Below are positions 1 to 12,800 of a DNA stretch of 64,000 bases, piece by piece. The stretch is from Tubulanus polymorphus. Taxonomy: Eukaryota; Animalia; Nemertea. The stretch's first letter is position 1. The number at the start of each line of letters is the position of its first letter. The stretch lies in assembly GCF_964204645.1 (NCBI RefSeq), contig NC_134032.1:13876275-13940274 (forward strand), written 5' to 3'. The translations under genes and the position numbers were made by a program. The notes under the pieces were generated by a model. That model did no database searches. It was given only the letters and a program-made list of their open reading frames with translations, and was not told where the DNA came from.

Positions 1-71
1 TTTATCTATAAATCAAAGTATATCGTGGTGACTGGTTTATATGAAACGTGGGGTTGTGTGTGGGTTATTAC

Positions 72-2303
72 TTACTCAGGTCTACTTGTACGCAGGAAGT
101 TGCCTCTGTGTGATATGACTGGTTTCAGTAATTGATGTTGTAATAATGATTCTAATTGATTACACAATCCTAGTAACGTATAATCAGTCCGGACTGTGTC
201 GTACCAGCCGCCGCCGCCGTTATTACGCAATATACTCTTATCCGATTCCACGGTGAACTGTCTCGATGGGCTTTTCTCGACGTTCCCGAGTTTGTCTCCG
301 GGTTTTAGCAACATCCAGTTGTCATTTTCGGGCATTTTCCTCAAATTGTGTCGATTGACGATCAGGTCGTTAGGTGGCGCCACCGCTGCTGGGTATCGAT
401 GTCGATCCCAGCGTTCGATCGCGTCGTGACGACGACGTAAATCGTGCGCTCGATTACGATCATTGTTGCCGTCGTCGTCACGGTGATTGGTGTCGCGCGG
501 CGGTAAAGCGGTTCGTCCGTTGGTGTGGTGATGAGGCTGTAGGTGGCGCCGGCGTCGTCGTGGAGGCGACCGGATGTATCTACGCGTTCCGGTCGCGCTG
601 TTATCCGTCAGATAGGGGGAGCTGTCGCTGTCGTGTCCCGCTGCCTTCGTACCGTTAGGTTTTTGAGTCGGAGCCGAGTCCCACGAGTCGTAACCGCTGA
701 CGTCTCGTCGCGATCGCATCGTGCTCCGTTTCCCGGAAACGACCGGCGTTTTTCTCATCGTCTCGCCGTCGGAAACAGCGCCCCCTCGGTCGCTCCGTTT
801 GATAACACCGTCGCGGTTTTCCCCGATCGCGCGTCGGCTACGATTAACTACTTCCACGTCGACAGCGTCTTCGTCCTCCGTCGACTCGTTTCGTCGTAGA
901 TTCATCGACCGGTCGAGCACAATCGGTCGATTCGAGATTTTGTTACCTTTGATATTGAGATATTCGAGTTTGACGAGTTCGTTGACGGATTGCGGCAGTT
1001 CGGTCAAACGATTATAACCGATATCGAAAACGCGAAGTTCCTTCAACAATTCGACGTCTTTCGATAGATATCGAATTCGATTTCGACTCAGTTTCAATTG
1101 TTGTAAATTCGTCAGGTTGCAGACGCCGAGCGGCATGTTCGCCAGCCGGTTACGATTCAGATTCAAATATCGTAGTCGACGCACCTGTATCAACGCGCAG
1201 TTCGTGATCTGATTTTCGGACGCGTTTAGATATTCGAGGTCGTCGAAATTACAGCTTAAACTCGTGAGTTTATTGCGTTCGACGCGCAGTGATTTGAGTT
1301 TGGTGAGTTTCGCCACGTGAGTCGGTAACGATTTGATCGCGTTCGACGCCAGATTCAAACGCGCGAGATTCTTCAACGCGAGCACGTCGTGCGGGAACGC
1401 GTCGAGGTGATTCGCGCGCAAGTCGAGATCGACGAGCTGTTTCAGATTCTGGATCTCGCGCGGTAGTCCGCGTAGCTGATTGCCGCCGACGTTCAGCGTT
1501 ACGAGCGTTTTCAACGCGACGACCGTCGCCGGGAAAACGTCGAATCGGTTTTCGGCGATATTCAACGTCTTCAAACGTTTCAACGTTTGCATTGTCGCCG
1601 GCAGTCGCGTCAACCGATTCGCTTGTAAATCGAGAATCTTCAGATTCTCCAACCGCCCGAAGTCGACGACCAGATTCTCGAGTTGATTACGCGCCAGTTT
1701 CAGAACGCGTAGGTATTTCAGCTGACCGATTTGCGCGGGCAAAGCGCGCAGTTTATTGCACGATAAGTCGATTTCGCATAAATGCGCGCAGTTGGAAATA
1801 GTTTCGGGAATCGACGTTATTTGGTTGCGATGCAAATCGAGCACGCGTAATTTGCGCAGGTGCCCGACGTAAACGGGCACGGTTAGTATTCGATTGCGCG
1901 GCGCGCGTAGTACCTCGACGCGCTGGAAGTTGAACGCCTCGAGAGGTATCTCGCGAAGGCCGCGATCCGACAGGTTTAACTCGGTCCAGCCGCGTTGATT
2001 TATTGTAACGTTCATGCGCGTGATCGCCGAGTTGTCTTTATAAATCGAGCGCCACGTTTCCATCGGTAACGTGCGGTGATTGTTGCCGGCGCGGTGATCG
2101 CGACGTTTAGGCGCGCGTAAACTCCGCGTGATTCTCGTGTCATCGTCGTCGTGGCGATGGTTTGATCGCGGTGATGACATTGTTGGACCGTGATGAATGT
2201 AACTAGTCGGTAGGACGTTCAGTTTCACGTGAACCGTTGTGACATTTTTATTATTTTGCGTCTCATTCTCCGTCGTTCGTTTTCTGATCAAACCTTCGCA
2301 ATT
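72..2303 (-). CDS. Leucine-rich repeat protein (many LxxLxLxxNxL repeats followed by a low-complexity Arg/Asp/His tail); one large coding exon
   Basis: The 739-aa ORF has regular LRRs. A splice acceptor (ttttcag|) at 2304/2303 is in frame with the ORF. The first ATG is at 2180 (MSSPRS..., 702 aa). The exact orthologue was not recognised. Confidence 0.85.
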   Translation of the reverse strand, partial: NCEGLIRKRTTENETQNNKNVTTVHVKLNVLPTSYIHHGPTMSSPRSNHRHDDDDTRITRSLRAPKRRDHRAGNNHRTLPMETWRSIYKDNSAITRMNVTINQRGWTELNLSDRGLREIPLEAFNFQRVEVLRAPRNRILTVPVYVGHLRKLRVLDLHRNQITSIPETISNCAHLCEIDLSCNKLRALPAQIGQLKYLRVLKLARNQLENLVVDFGRLENLKILDLQANRLTRLPATMQTLKRLKTLNIAENRFDVFPATVVALKTLVTLNVGGNQLRGLPREIQNLKQLVDLDLRANHLDAFPHDVLALKNLARLNLASNAIKSLPTHVAKLTKLKSLRVERNKLTSLSCNFDDLEYLNASENQITNCALIQVRRLRYLNLNRNRLANMPLGVCNLTNLQQLKLSRNRIRYLSKDVELLKELRVFDIGYNRLTELPQSVNELVKLEYLNIKGNKISNRPIVLDRSMNLRRNESTEDEDAVDVEVVNRSRRAIGENRDGVIKRSDRGGAVSDGETMRKTPVVSGKRSTMRSRRDVSGYDSWDSAPTQKPNGTKAAGHDSDSSPYLTDNSATGTRRYIRSPPRRRRRHLQPHHHTNGRTALPPRDTNHRDDDGNNDRNRAHDLRRRHDAIERWDRHRYPAAVAPPNDLIVNRHNLRKMPENDNWMLLKPGDKLGNVEKSPSRQFTVESDKSILRNNGGGGWYDTVRTDYTLLGLCNQLESLLQHQLLKPVISHRGNFLRTSRPE

Positions 2304-2360
2304 CTGAAAAATTTAAATGACACAAAACTTTTATATAACTTCATGCCCTCTGAGCCTTAA

Positions 2361-2861
2361 CCCTCTGGACCCAGTGCCACAGTTCTGAGTTAGAGTTAAC
2401 TCTGAGTTAAAGTTAGTTCATTTTCAATAGGTTAACTCAAGAGTTAAATCTTAACTCAACAACTGTGGAACTGGACCCTGCACGCTATAGTGCGGTGTAT
2501 GAATCTGTGATAGACTTTGCTAATACACCGTATCGCGATGTATCAATGGGATTAGTGATTAATGATTATCTTTATTGAAAGGTTGCAGCATCCGTCAGAC
2601 ATTGTGAAATTAAAGTAACTGATGATATGTGTTGAATAACGCGCGTACAGCTATAGTGCATGTACACAGTGGTGCAGTGTATCATTTACTTATCATTTGC
2701 GGTGTATCCGTTACTTATATTTCACTATGATTGACAGGTGCTGCCATCTTTCAATAGAGGTAAAAACTAATTACATCATTACCCTGTGATGCAGTGTACT
2801 AGTCAAGTCTATCACTAATTTATACACCGCATTGCGATGTAGACGAAATGCACTGAAAGGG
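2361..2861. mobile_element. piggyBac-like MITE (family D) interrupted by a Harbinger-like MITE (family A, 2368-2477, CTG duplication)
   Basis: Ends are ttaa|ccct and gcactgaaaggg|ttaa. The interior is shared with 11221-11483 and 14284-14560. The inner element is flanked by ctg on both sides. Confidence 0.7.
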
Positions 2862-4660
2862 TTAAACTCTGTGAACTGTAGATCAAGGTTTCCTGCAGAT
2901 CTGGGTTGTTTCCTGATTGAGTACGATGTACTGATTTCTATATAGCACTCGTCACTGATACATTCACGCTCCAGTGAGAAAAAAAGGAAGTCGTCATAAA
3001 CTGATTTTCATCACACAATACAGGCGTGATCGGTCGTCGTGGTAACTATTGTTTCAGATGACAGAACTGAATTGGAATCAAATGTTTCTCAGATAGATTT
3101 AAATTCGGCTTTCAAACTCGATGACGTCAACATGTGATAAGTGGGTCACGCTACTGAAGTCATATCTACTTTTGATTTCCAATTTGTATTTCTAATTCAA
3201 TTAAGTGTGTAAGTCATCTCTATTTTTGCGTCGCAATTTGTAATTCGCTCCGCTGAAGTGTAGGATATCGACAGAATGGTTCTTAGGTGATATTTGGACA
3301 CACCCAACTTCGTCACTTCTCATTGACATCCGTCCCATTCCTGGAAATACTGACTGTATCTAATAGGTGTAGTTGATAGGGGGGGTTATAGTTTGTTATG
3401 ATGGTGTAGGTGGGTTAAGTTTGTCACACTTTTAGCACTAGCTATAAACTGTTATTTATCATTGTATTGATACGTGTACTCGCCTTGTCACCCTGTTAAA
3501 TACCCTAAGACTCCATTGAAGAAAAAATATTCACAATTATGGAAGAAAAGCTTCGGAATGTGATGTTTCAATTCAAACTGTTGCAGATTTTTCATAAATT
3601 ATCAAGTTATCGACAGTTGCTAGTTCATCGTTGATTGTGCAATCCCTTATGTTACATTACTCAAATATATAAGCATAAAATGTATATATTCATATTGATT
3701 TCTTTTTTAATGAAGACATCTCATTAGGGTAAAGGTCCATAGATCATTCACAAACGGATCATTTGGGATCATCTTTTGGCAAAAACCCTTAAATTTGTTC
3801 AAATTACACCGCATCCTTGCCTGCTAAAATACATTAACATATTCTTAGATTTTCATGAATAACGGTAATATTTAGATTTAGAAAAATTCGATATAAATCT
3901 GTAATAAGGGTCCTAAATAAACAATAGATGGCGCAGTGTGTTACCTTGCTATGATATTGTTGTTGTCTCATGATATATATCTCGTTTTACTGCTGCTATT
4001 TCATGTACTCCGCGACGCTCTATGTTTAAGACATATCTCGGATATTTTATTGTGTTTTTTTCTCTCATATTTTATTGATTTCCTCCGGTGGACTAGTGAC
4101 AGATTTGCCGATGGATGATTTAATACTTGTAGTTATAGTTGTAGTAGTAGTAGTAGTAGTAGCAGGCACTGGCAGGCAGGGGTTATAAGTTCGATTGTAT
4201 TGGGCATTGCGACATATGCATCAAGCTTTTTGAGAAAAATAATTATTCCTTGTGAACGAAGAGTGTTGGGGGTGGGGCACTTGGAGCCCAATATGCATGA
4301 AATCTTGAACGAGTTTTACAGGGCTGAGGCTCAGTTTTATTACAAATTCAACAAATCAAGATCCAAAGCCGGTTGCGCTGTCAAGATTTAAGTAGATTTA
4401 AGATCAGTCTAAAATTTGGCACAGGCGAGTTCCAGCACCGATCTATTTTGTACCGATATGAACAGTTGGCGCAGGCTTTATCCGCAGGGGTCAGAAAAAT
4501 GCTTGTGTGATTGTGGCTCCAAGCAACTGGGCTTGGGTCTTAAATTCAGAACTATAGATCGGACCGCCCGGTAAGTTCCTGAATTGGCGATGTAGTTTTT
4601 TAAATTGGAGATTCGATAATTTTTGTAATTTCTGTAACTCAGTCACTGTTCAGTAATACA

Positions 4661-4736
4661 CAGCAGCAGCACCAGCACCAGCACCAGCACCAGCACCAGC
4701 ACCAGCACCAGCACCAGCACCAGCACCAGCAGCAGC
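4661..4736. repeat. (CAGCAC)n microsatellite
   Basis: Read directly from the sequence. Confidence 0.95.
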
Positions 4737-5046
4737 TGTGATACAGGGGTTTCTCAACACTACATCCAATAAAACCTTGTTCTACAGTTGTTTAATAATT
4801 AATCAGAGAAGTTGATTGAATTCTTCTGCTCTGTTCCTGTTTATGAATAAATGATAATTATATTCTCACTAGATCCGGTCCGACGGGTCCCTCTAGTACC
4901 TGCACATACCGAAAAACGGTTTCTTACTTAAGAATTTGAAATAGCTACTTGATTGTGTTGTGTGTTAAAAGAAAAACATCTTCATTAAGAATTTTAACAA
5001 TTCTGCGACATGATCACCCCACGCACCCCAACCCCATGCATTCAAT

Positions 5047-5405
5047 AGATAACTAACATAATTGTTTGAACACAAATCTTCAATTAACAACTGAAGACCC
5101 AGTTCGTCTAATAGAGGACCCAGATAACTAACATAATTGTTTGAACACAAATCTTCAATTAACAACTGAAGACCCAGTTCGTCTAATAGAGGACCCAGAT
5201 AACTAACATAATTGTTTGAACACAAATCTTCAATTAACAACTGAAGACCCAGTTCGTCTAATAGAGGACCCAGATAACTAACATAATTGTTTGAACACAA
5301 ATCTTCAATTAACAACTGAAGACCCAGATAACTAACATAATTGTTTGAACACAAATCTTCAATTAACAACTGAAGACCCAGTTCCTCTAATATAGGACCC
5401 AGTTC
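5047..5405. repeat. 75-bp minisatellite, about 5 copies
   Basis: The unit gataactaacataattgtttgaacacaaatcttcaattaacaactgaagacccag... recurs. ORF 4965..5369 shows 25-aa periodicity. Confidence 0.95.
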
Positions 5406-6305
5406 CTCCGTCGGTTGTTTTAATAGATTTGAATGTTTGAATTGAACTACCTGTAATTTAAAATCAAGAGCTCACTCCAACTCACAATTACGGAACTGGT
5501 CGGTTCTGAGTAGAACCGTCTTATCCCTATTGTTGGGTTTTTTTCATTCATGGAATTCAAAAGAAAAATTAAATTTGAAAACGCTTTTCAGATCTGATAA
5601 TGATAACTATTTTATGGTTGTTTCTATTCCTTTCTCAACATCTCCTATAGAAATACTCTCAAAATCATAAAAATTTCTAGGTCATTCTTAATGAAACTGC
5701 CATTTATGATATAAAACTACGCTCATATTTGGTAAAAACTGCAATTAGAGATATGAGATTTAGTCTGGTTTTGATATTTCTGATATTGTGGGAGTTTTAA
5801 TAAATTTGACAAATTGAAGAATCAGTTAACTGTCGTTGTATATATTCATCCCCTTACCTGTATTTATGTAGCATCCTGCTGTGAGTCCCAGTACGCGCTC
5901 AAAGACTGTCTCACTGCGAGCGCTGAAACTTTTACATCTATCGCGTCGCGTTCCAGTACCCCCGCGTGCACACGGTACGACGGGCAGCTCCGCGTGAAAA
6001 CAACATAAATCTATATGTGAAGTAGATATATATCAGTTAACAGTGTGTGTGTGCCGGCCGCCGCTGCCACGGTGGTGGTGTGTTAAACAATTCATTCAAT
6101 ATTTATACCCTGTTATATTACTCACATATCTATAATGAGATGTATCACCTCTTTCTCCAGCTATCTGATTTATTTATTAGTATTTTAGTATATGTTTATT
6201 GGATTATTGATTAAATGTATTAATTGAAATATTTTAAGACGCAAGAAGGCGTTTGCCAGCCGTGTTTTAAGTTAAATTACGAGTATTTGAAAGATCTTAT
6301 TGCAT

Positions 6306-6414
6306 GGGCTCAGTTCCACAGTTGTATGTTAGAGTTAACTCTGAGTTAAAGTTAGTACATTTTCAATGTTTTAACTCGGAGTCAAATTAAACTCAGAACT
6401 GTGGAACTGGATCC
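6306..6414. mobile_element. Harbinger-like palindromic MITE family A (other copies 2368-2477, ~10641-10750, ~53288-53398; partial ~47790-47830, ~52074-52158)
   Basis: Inverted ends (ggg)cccagttccacagtt ... aactgtggaactggg(ccc); multiple ~110-bp copies. Confidence 0.75.
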
Positions 6415-6850
6415 TGAATCGCAACAATCTGAGCGGTCCCTAGCGCTTAGAGGAGACATCTAAAGTGGGTGGTACCTAGAGGATTCCTGCAGGCGTGTTG
6501 GAAGCAATTTTTTGATTGTCGCAGCCGATTTTTGACAGGTTCTAATATGTTGCCGCAGCCAATTTACTTTAATTATTTCGAAAACATGATATTCAAAGAT
6601 GTTATTCAGTAAAATGTTATTCAGTAAATTTTTACAGTGGCTTTCGCTGCTGCAGTCGCTGCACTTCCAACACCACTTTCCTTAGTAGGTGGCTACTAGA
6701 CAACAATCACTTCTGAGTGGCTCCTGGAGGACCCTAGTATGTGCCTCCTTGAAGTGGTGGCTCCTAGATGACTTGGTCCGGGCTTCCCTTTCTTCTAGTG
6801 GTTAGTTTTGTCATCCGCAGTAAATTCATGCATTCATTTGTATTTTACAG

Positions 6851-9800
6851 ATGCGAAGAAACAAAGCCAGATGGCGGCACTGTCCCGAGAACGCGATCAC
6901 CTCGTCCAGAACATCCGTGCTTACGAATCAGTGTTCGACACCAATCAACAGTTGATTAAAGAACTTAAAAGTATGATTCATTTATCCTTAGATTCATTCA
7001 CACGATTGATTCGCTTGTCTCTTACCCTTTTCCGTGATCATTACCTATCACTGCCGGTCGGGAGGATTAAAATCAGTAGAATATCTCGGAGCATTCAAAT
7101 TGATAAATCCTGAAAGGCTTGAGAAACTGGTAGACCCTGTAAGGGTTCAATGTTCAAACTGTTTACACTTCGGTCGACAATCAGGATTGCAGACATTGTC
7201 GACGAGTAGAATCGGTCGACAATCGGGGTTGTAGACATTGTCGACGAGTAGAATCGGTCGACAACCGGGAACCGATTTGTCGGTATGTCGGTTTGTCGGT
7301 TTGTCTTGAAAAGTACGCAGCCGGATTGCTCCTTTTCTATAAATGTATCTTTGAGCGGGGAACTATTCCACGCTATACTGGACTTGAACCGACCTGACTT
7401 GATAAATATGTTTACAAACTCAACAAGGGAAAAAATCTCAAATTAGAATTAAATTCTAAAATGATTAAAGGTGGTTGTTGATTTTTCTTTGTTGACAGTT
7501 TTAGTGAACGAAGCGACACAAGAAGAGCAACGTCTTGTAAAAGAATTACGTAAACTGGATATAACTCCCGACAAACTGAAAGATGTACGTATTACACTCA
7601 CTTGCCACTGTTTCCTCTCCATTGATTATGCACATTATTCACGGTCCCTATAACTCCTTAGAAAAAATGCTTTTAAATGTGCTTGAAATTTCTTTAACTG
7701 GAGCAATATGCCCAAAACTCTTTTAATTTTGAGAAATTGGCAACTAGAAATGCTTGTAGTGGTACATCAAACTACGCCGCAATCTGGCACAAATGGGACC
7801 AGGATTATTTTACCCGATTAAGCGGTTACCAATTAAGAAACTTAGCGTATAGGATATAAATTGCTTACAAAACCACTGATTTATCAGTTTACTGAGATGA
7901 ACAGTACTGATTTAGGAGGAGTCTACAGTAATTGGGATAATGATGATAATGAAAGTGATGCGGACACATCATCCAAATTTGAAATTTTCTCCCTTCAAAA
8001 TTCCTCAAAAGCTCGTTATATCCAGGTTTGACTGATCAGTATGAACCGTGTTATTATTAATGCGAGTGATTTGTTTATTTCAGGGTGATATGGTGGAAGC
8101 TCTAATTTCCGTTCGTACGAAGGAACGTAATGAAGTTATGTCGATGCCCAGACGGGTTTGCGCCGTACCAGCTGCTCATAAAGATCCGGAAGTGCTCGGA
8201 AAGGTAAGTCGAGATGATTGCTCGTAGGGTAAATCGATATCGAGATGATTGCTCATAGGGTAAATCTATATCGAGATGATTGCTCGTAGGGTAAATCGAT
8301 ATCGAGATGATTGCTCGTAGGGTAAATCTATATCGAGATGATTGCTCGTAGGGTAAATCGATATCGAGATGATTGCTCGTAGGGTAAATCGATATCGAGA
8401 TGATTGCTCGTAGGGTAAATCGATATCGAGATGATTGCTCGTAGGGTAAATCGATATCGAGATGATTGCTCATAGGGTAAATCTATATCGAGATGATTGC
8501 TCGTAGGGTAAATCGATATCGAGATGATTGCTCATAGGGTAAATCTATATCGAGATGATTGCTCGTCGGGTAGTAAATCACCCCTGATTGCCATCAAAGT
8601 TTTGATCATTTGGGACTAATGAAATTCATCGATTTATGGGAAATCCAAATTTAGAAAATTTACTGCAGTCCCCTGTTAAGAGAAACCTAGTCTCTGCACA
8701 CCCCTGGTGTTGTTATAGCATTCTTCTAGGTCTATTTGATGTATTCGATTTATTCGATGTATTTTTATAGATTTGTCACCTGGCTCAAGTTGAAGATGAA
8801 GACGCCGCTCGCGTGTTATCGTGGCACATGTCGGCTGATATGGATTGTGTCGTTACTCACTCGCTTAGGAAGGTACGTTTAATCACAAACGAATAGATGA
8901 AGTTTATTTCTCAAGTATATGAAAATCAGAGCTGCCAACAGTTCCTGATTTGCAGTATTAGTTACTATTTCATAATGAGAAATGCTGATTTCATTTGTTC
9001 GATGCATATGAGAAGTATGAAAGATCTAACTGACGGTTTTACTGTAGATTACTGATTGATTTGAACAGAAATATGAAAGATGTTACTGATTAATTTGAAC
9101 AGAAATATGAAAGATGTTACTGAGGGTCTTACTGTCGATTACTGATTAATTTGAACATTTTCTTTAATAATTCAATGAAATGTTACTGAAAATTTGTTAC
9201 TGATAGTACTTTTCGGTGGTTGACAGCCCTGGAATATAAGTGTAAATTTCAATACACACGTTTGATTACGTCTGTTAGAAGTCAGTTAAAATACTGCCAT
9301 CCATTTTACTGCCACAGCTTGATTCGCTTAACACCAACATGTACATATACCGCATCAAATAAATGTCACTGTAATTTAATAAACACCATTAGCACAGCAT
9401 TTGATTGTTCGTGTAGATTTGAAACATAACAAAGGAAGACTACCCTCAGCCCTTCTATACCTGGGTTGTACCCTCTAAATAAAAATCAAGCTATATTGAA
9501 TTCGTAATAATGACAAGTAATGATGATGAGTCAAAGAAGTGGTGAGGGGGAGGGTTTGGGTTGTGGAGAGAATGAGGTTGGCCTCTTATACAACACGTAC
9601 TGATGGTATATGTACATTGATTCGTTACAGGCTAAAAATATCTACGAGCACACGTCCGGTAAACAGCAGGTCCTACCCCTCGAATCAATTTATAAAAAGA
9701 ATCTCCCAGATTGGAATAAGTAAGTACGAGTTGTTGCGATACAATGGCGCGCAAACCTAAGGCGAAACAGGCATTCCTGATGCAGTTCTAGTAGACTCTT

Positions 9801-12800
9801 TAGTGAAAATAAGTTTAATCATCGGCTTTTAACTGACAAGAATTAGAATTCTCTGCTATTCTCCTGGAACAGAATCCCAAATGCCTCACCCTATAGCCGT
9901 AAAGGAGAAAAAATTGAATCCTTAAATCCCAGTTGGTGAGAATATAAAGCTGTCTCGTAAATCCTAATCTATATTATTTTCTCGCAGGCCGTTGCCACAC
10001 GAACGATTTCGAGCGAACTGGAGTCCACCGGGAAATCCCGTCTACGCGCGTGAAGTTCTTATCTTTCCACACGAACCGGATAGCTGTAAACTAGGTCAGT
10101 ATTACATGTACAACTAGGTCAGTATTATGTGTACAACTAGGTCGGTATTACATGTACACCTAGGTCTGTATTACATGTACAACTAGGTCGGTATTATATG
10201 GACACCTAGATCTGTATTACATGTACAACTAGGTCAGTATTACATGTACAAGGGAAATGTTGCAGAAATTTTCTTTAACCGCTCCTATGTTTCAATGAAG
10301 AGGCAAATAACAAGGATTTACGATGGGTTGATTTTATGTTTTCTACATCTAGAAACTCGAGTGAAAGGAATAATTGGCGATGGATAAATCTGAAACTGGA
10401 AATGTTTTGATATTATGATTTCAGTGTTTGGAATGTTACTCGGAGATACGATTATTCTCGACAATCTCGATGATGCGAACGCTTACAGACACGAGGTACG
10501 TATAACCATGTAGACTCTTATTGTAATAACATACTATCATCATCCCCTTATGACGTTGTCCTTAGTGTAAAAATCTATCACGTTTCAGTTAACGTGGCCG
10601 CCTCCATAAATCCCCCTATGACATAATCAAATTGTCTTCTGGGTGCAGTTCCACAGTTCTGAGTTAAGATGTGACTCCGGGTTAACTCATTGAAAATGAA
10701 CTAACTTTAACTCAGAGTTATCTCTAACCCATGACTGTGGAACTGGGTCCTGGTAATTTGATCTATGGACCCTCTCAGAAAAGATGGCTGCCTCCGCATA
10801 TCTCCCTATGGCACCATGAAAAATATCCATCGCCAAATAAACCATTGCCAAATTATCTTCTAGTGATTTGATCGAAAAGATGGCTGCCTCCGTCAATCCC
10901 CCTATCACATCATCACCAAATAACCATTACTTTATAGTCTTCATGAATCCCCTTATGACATCATCACGTTGTGTGTTTATATTGAAAGATCGTGAAGCAC
11001 ACTCATTGCCCGACGATATTGACTCGGTCCGGAGATCGTATCCGTAGTAACGGCAAGTTCGGTGGATTGATGAATAAAGCGTTACCGATCGAGAAGTTAC
11101 GAGGAGCGATATTCGGTTCTCCGCTTCCTTCGAGTTATCACAAGATCTGCAAACAACTCGGTACGTGTGTTTTATTTCAAATATTTGAATATTCGTCTGG
11201 ACTTACGGGTATAGACCAGTCTAACCCTTTCAGTGCTGACTAGTTAATACCCTATAGTGCTAGAGATAATTTGAAAATTCTAAAAAATTCCATCCTAGTG
11301 TGTTGGATAACGGGAATACCACTGTAGTGCATCTACACCGCTGTGCGGTGTATCGTTAGTTACTAGTATTTCACTATGTTTGACAGGTGCTGCCATTTTT
11401 CAAGAGAGATAATTACATCAATACACCGCAGTGCGGTGTACTAGCAAAATCCATCACTGATTTATACACCGCACTGCGGTTAAACATTATCTGAGCAGCT
11501 GATTTCATAGACTAATAATAGATAAACCGTGCCAAACTAAGTGCCATGTGAAGCATTGGTGTGATTATAGTTCTTATGGATCAAGGAATCTTTTTGGTGT
11601 CTTGTTTTTTGCTTTTGACGAGTGGCATGAAAAACCTCTTAGTCTTGATAAGAAACTACCCTCACTGAAGATATCTTATAATTTAATCTGGGAATTTGAA
11701 TTTTTGGTGTCTTGTTGTATTTGCTGTTGATGAGTGTGTTACCCAGTTGTGTTACCCAGTTATTGAATAGTTATGGTATGTATAGTGTTTATATGGTATA
11801 CTGACTTCAGTCTGTTATAAGCGTGAATCATTCAGTGTTTATACTTGACTTACCCTTATAAACTGTACCTATATAAATATCTGTTGACTTACCTCAGTGA
11901 GTCCCAGCCACAGTACTTTAATAAATGTACGTGCTTTGTAATATTATACGTCTGGTGTCGTCGTTAGTTTTATGGGTTTTAGTTCGACCCTGGAGCTTGG
12001 ATCCGAAAAAGAATTGGGTATTTCGGCCCTGGAGTTTCATCCGTAACAAGTGGCATGAAAAACCTCTTAGTCTCGATAGGAACCAGCCCTCACTAAAGAT
12101 ACATTATGATTACTCAGGAAATTTTTGTTGGTCAAGGGTCAGGGATATATTGAGATACATATTTTCAATTCCCTGATCTACAGTAATCCTGCTATAAAGC
12201 AGGTCGTCTGCGGACTATGATGAATAACCATATTTTAGTGTTTATGTACGTATGATTTTCGACACGTTGAAGATAGAATGACCGTATTTTAGTGTTAACC
12301 TGTGTACTGTTGTATTGTAGATACGTTGCAGACGTATCACGACGCGATCGTGAAACGTGAACGAGCGATGGAAGAATTACACGAACAACAAACGCACGAA
12401 AACACGCCTGAAATGAAAGCGAAATATAAAGAGTACGAAGAGGCGCAAACGCATTTACAAAATATTGAAGGAAAACTCGGTAAGAGCCAAAAATAAGAGA
12501 TTTCTGTTACGTCCCTGCAGCACTGAGGGTTACAGGGCTCCCCTCAACCCACTGAGGGCAACAGGCTCTGTCCTCAACCCACTGAGTGCTACTGAGGGCA
12601 ACAGGCTCTCCCCTCAACCCACTGAGTAGTCACTGAGGGCAACAGGCTCTCCCCTCAACCCTCTGAGTAGTCACTGAGGGCAACAGGTTCTCCCCTCAAC
12701 CCTCTGAGTGTCTCTGAGGGCAACAGGCTCTCCCCTCAACCCTCTGAGTGTCTCTGAGGGCAACAGGCTCTCCCCTCAACCCACTGAGTGCTACTGAGGG

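Noticed and set aside
196-1801. Plus-strand ORFs overlapping the LRR gene
   Set aside because: Antisense shadows of a GC-rich exon; no resemblance to SMCHD1 recognised.
4965-5369. 134-aa repetitive ORF (also 8102..8473, 28601..28888, 13058..13279)
   Set aside because: These are translations of minisatellites with no support as exons.
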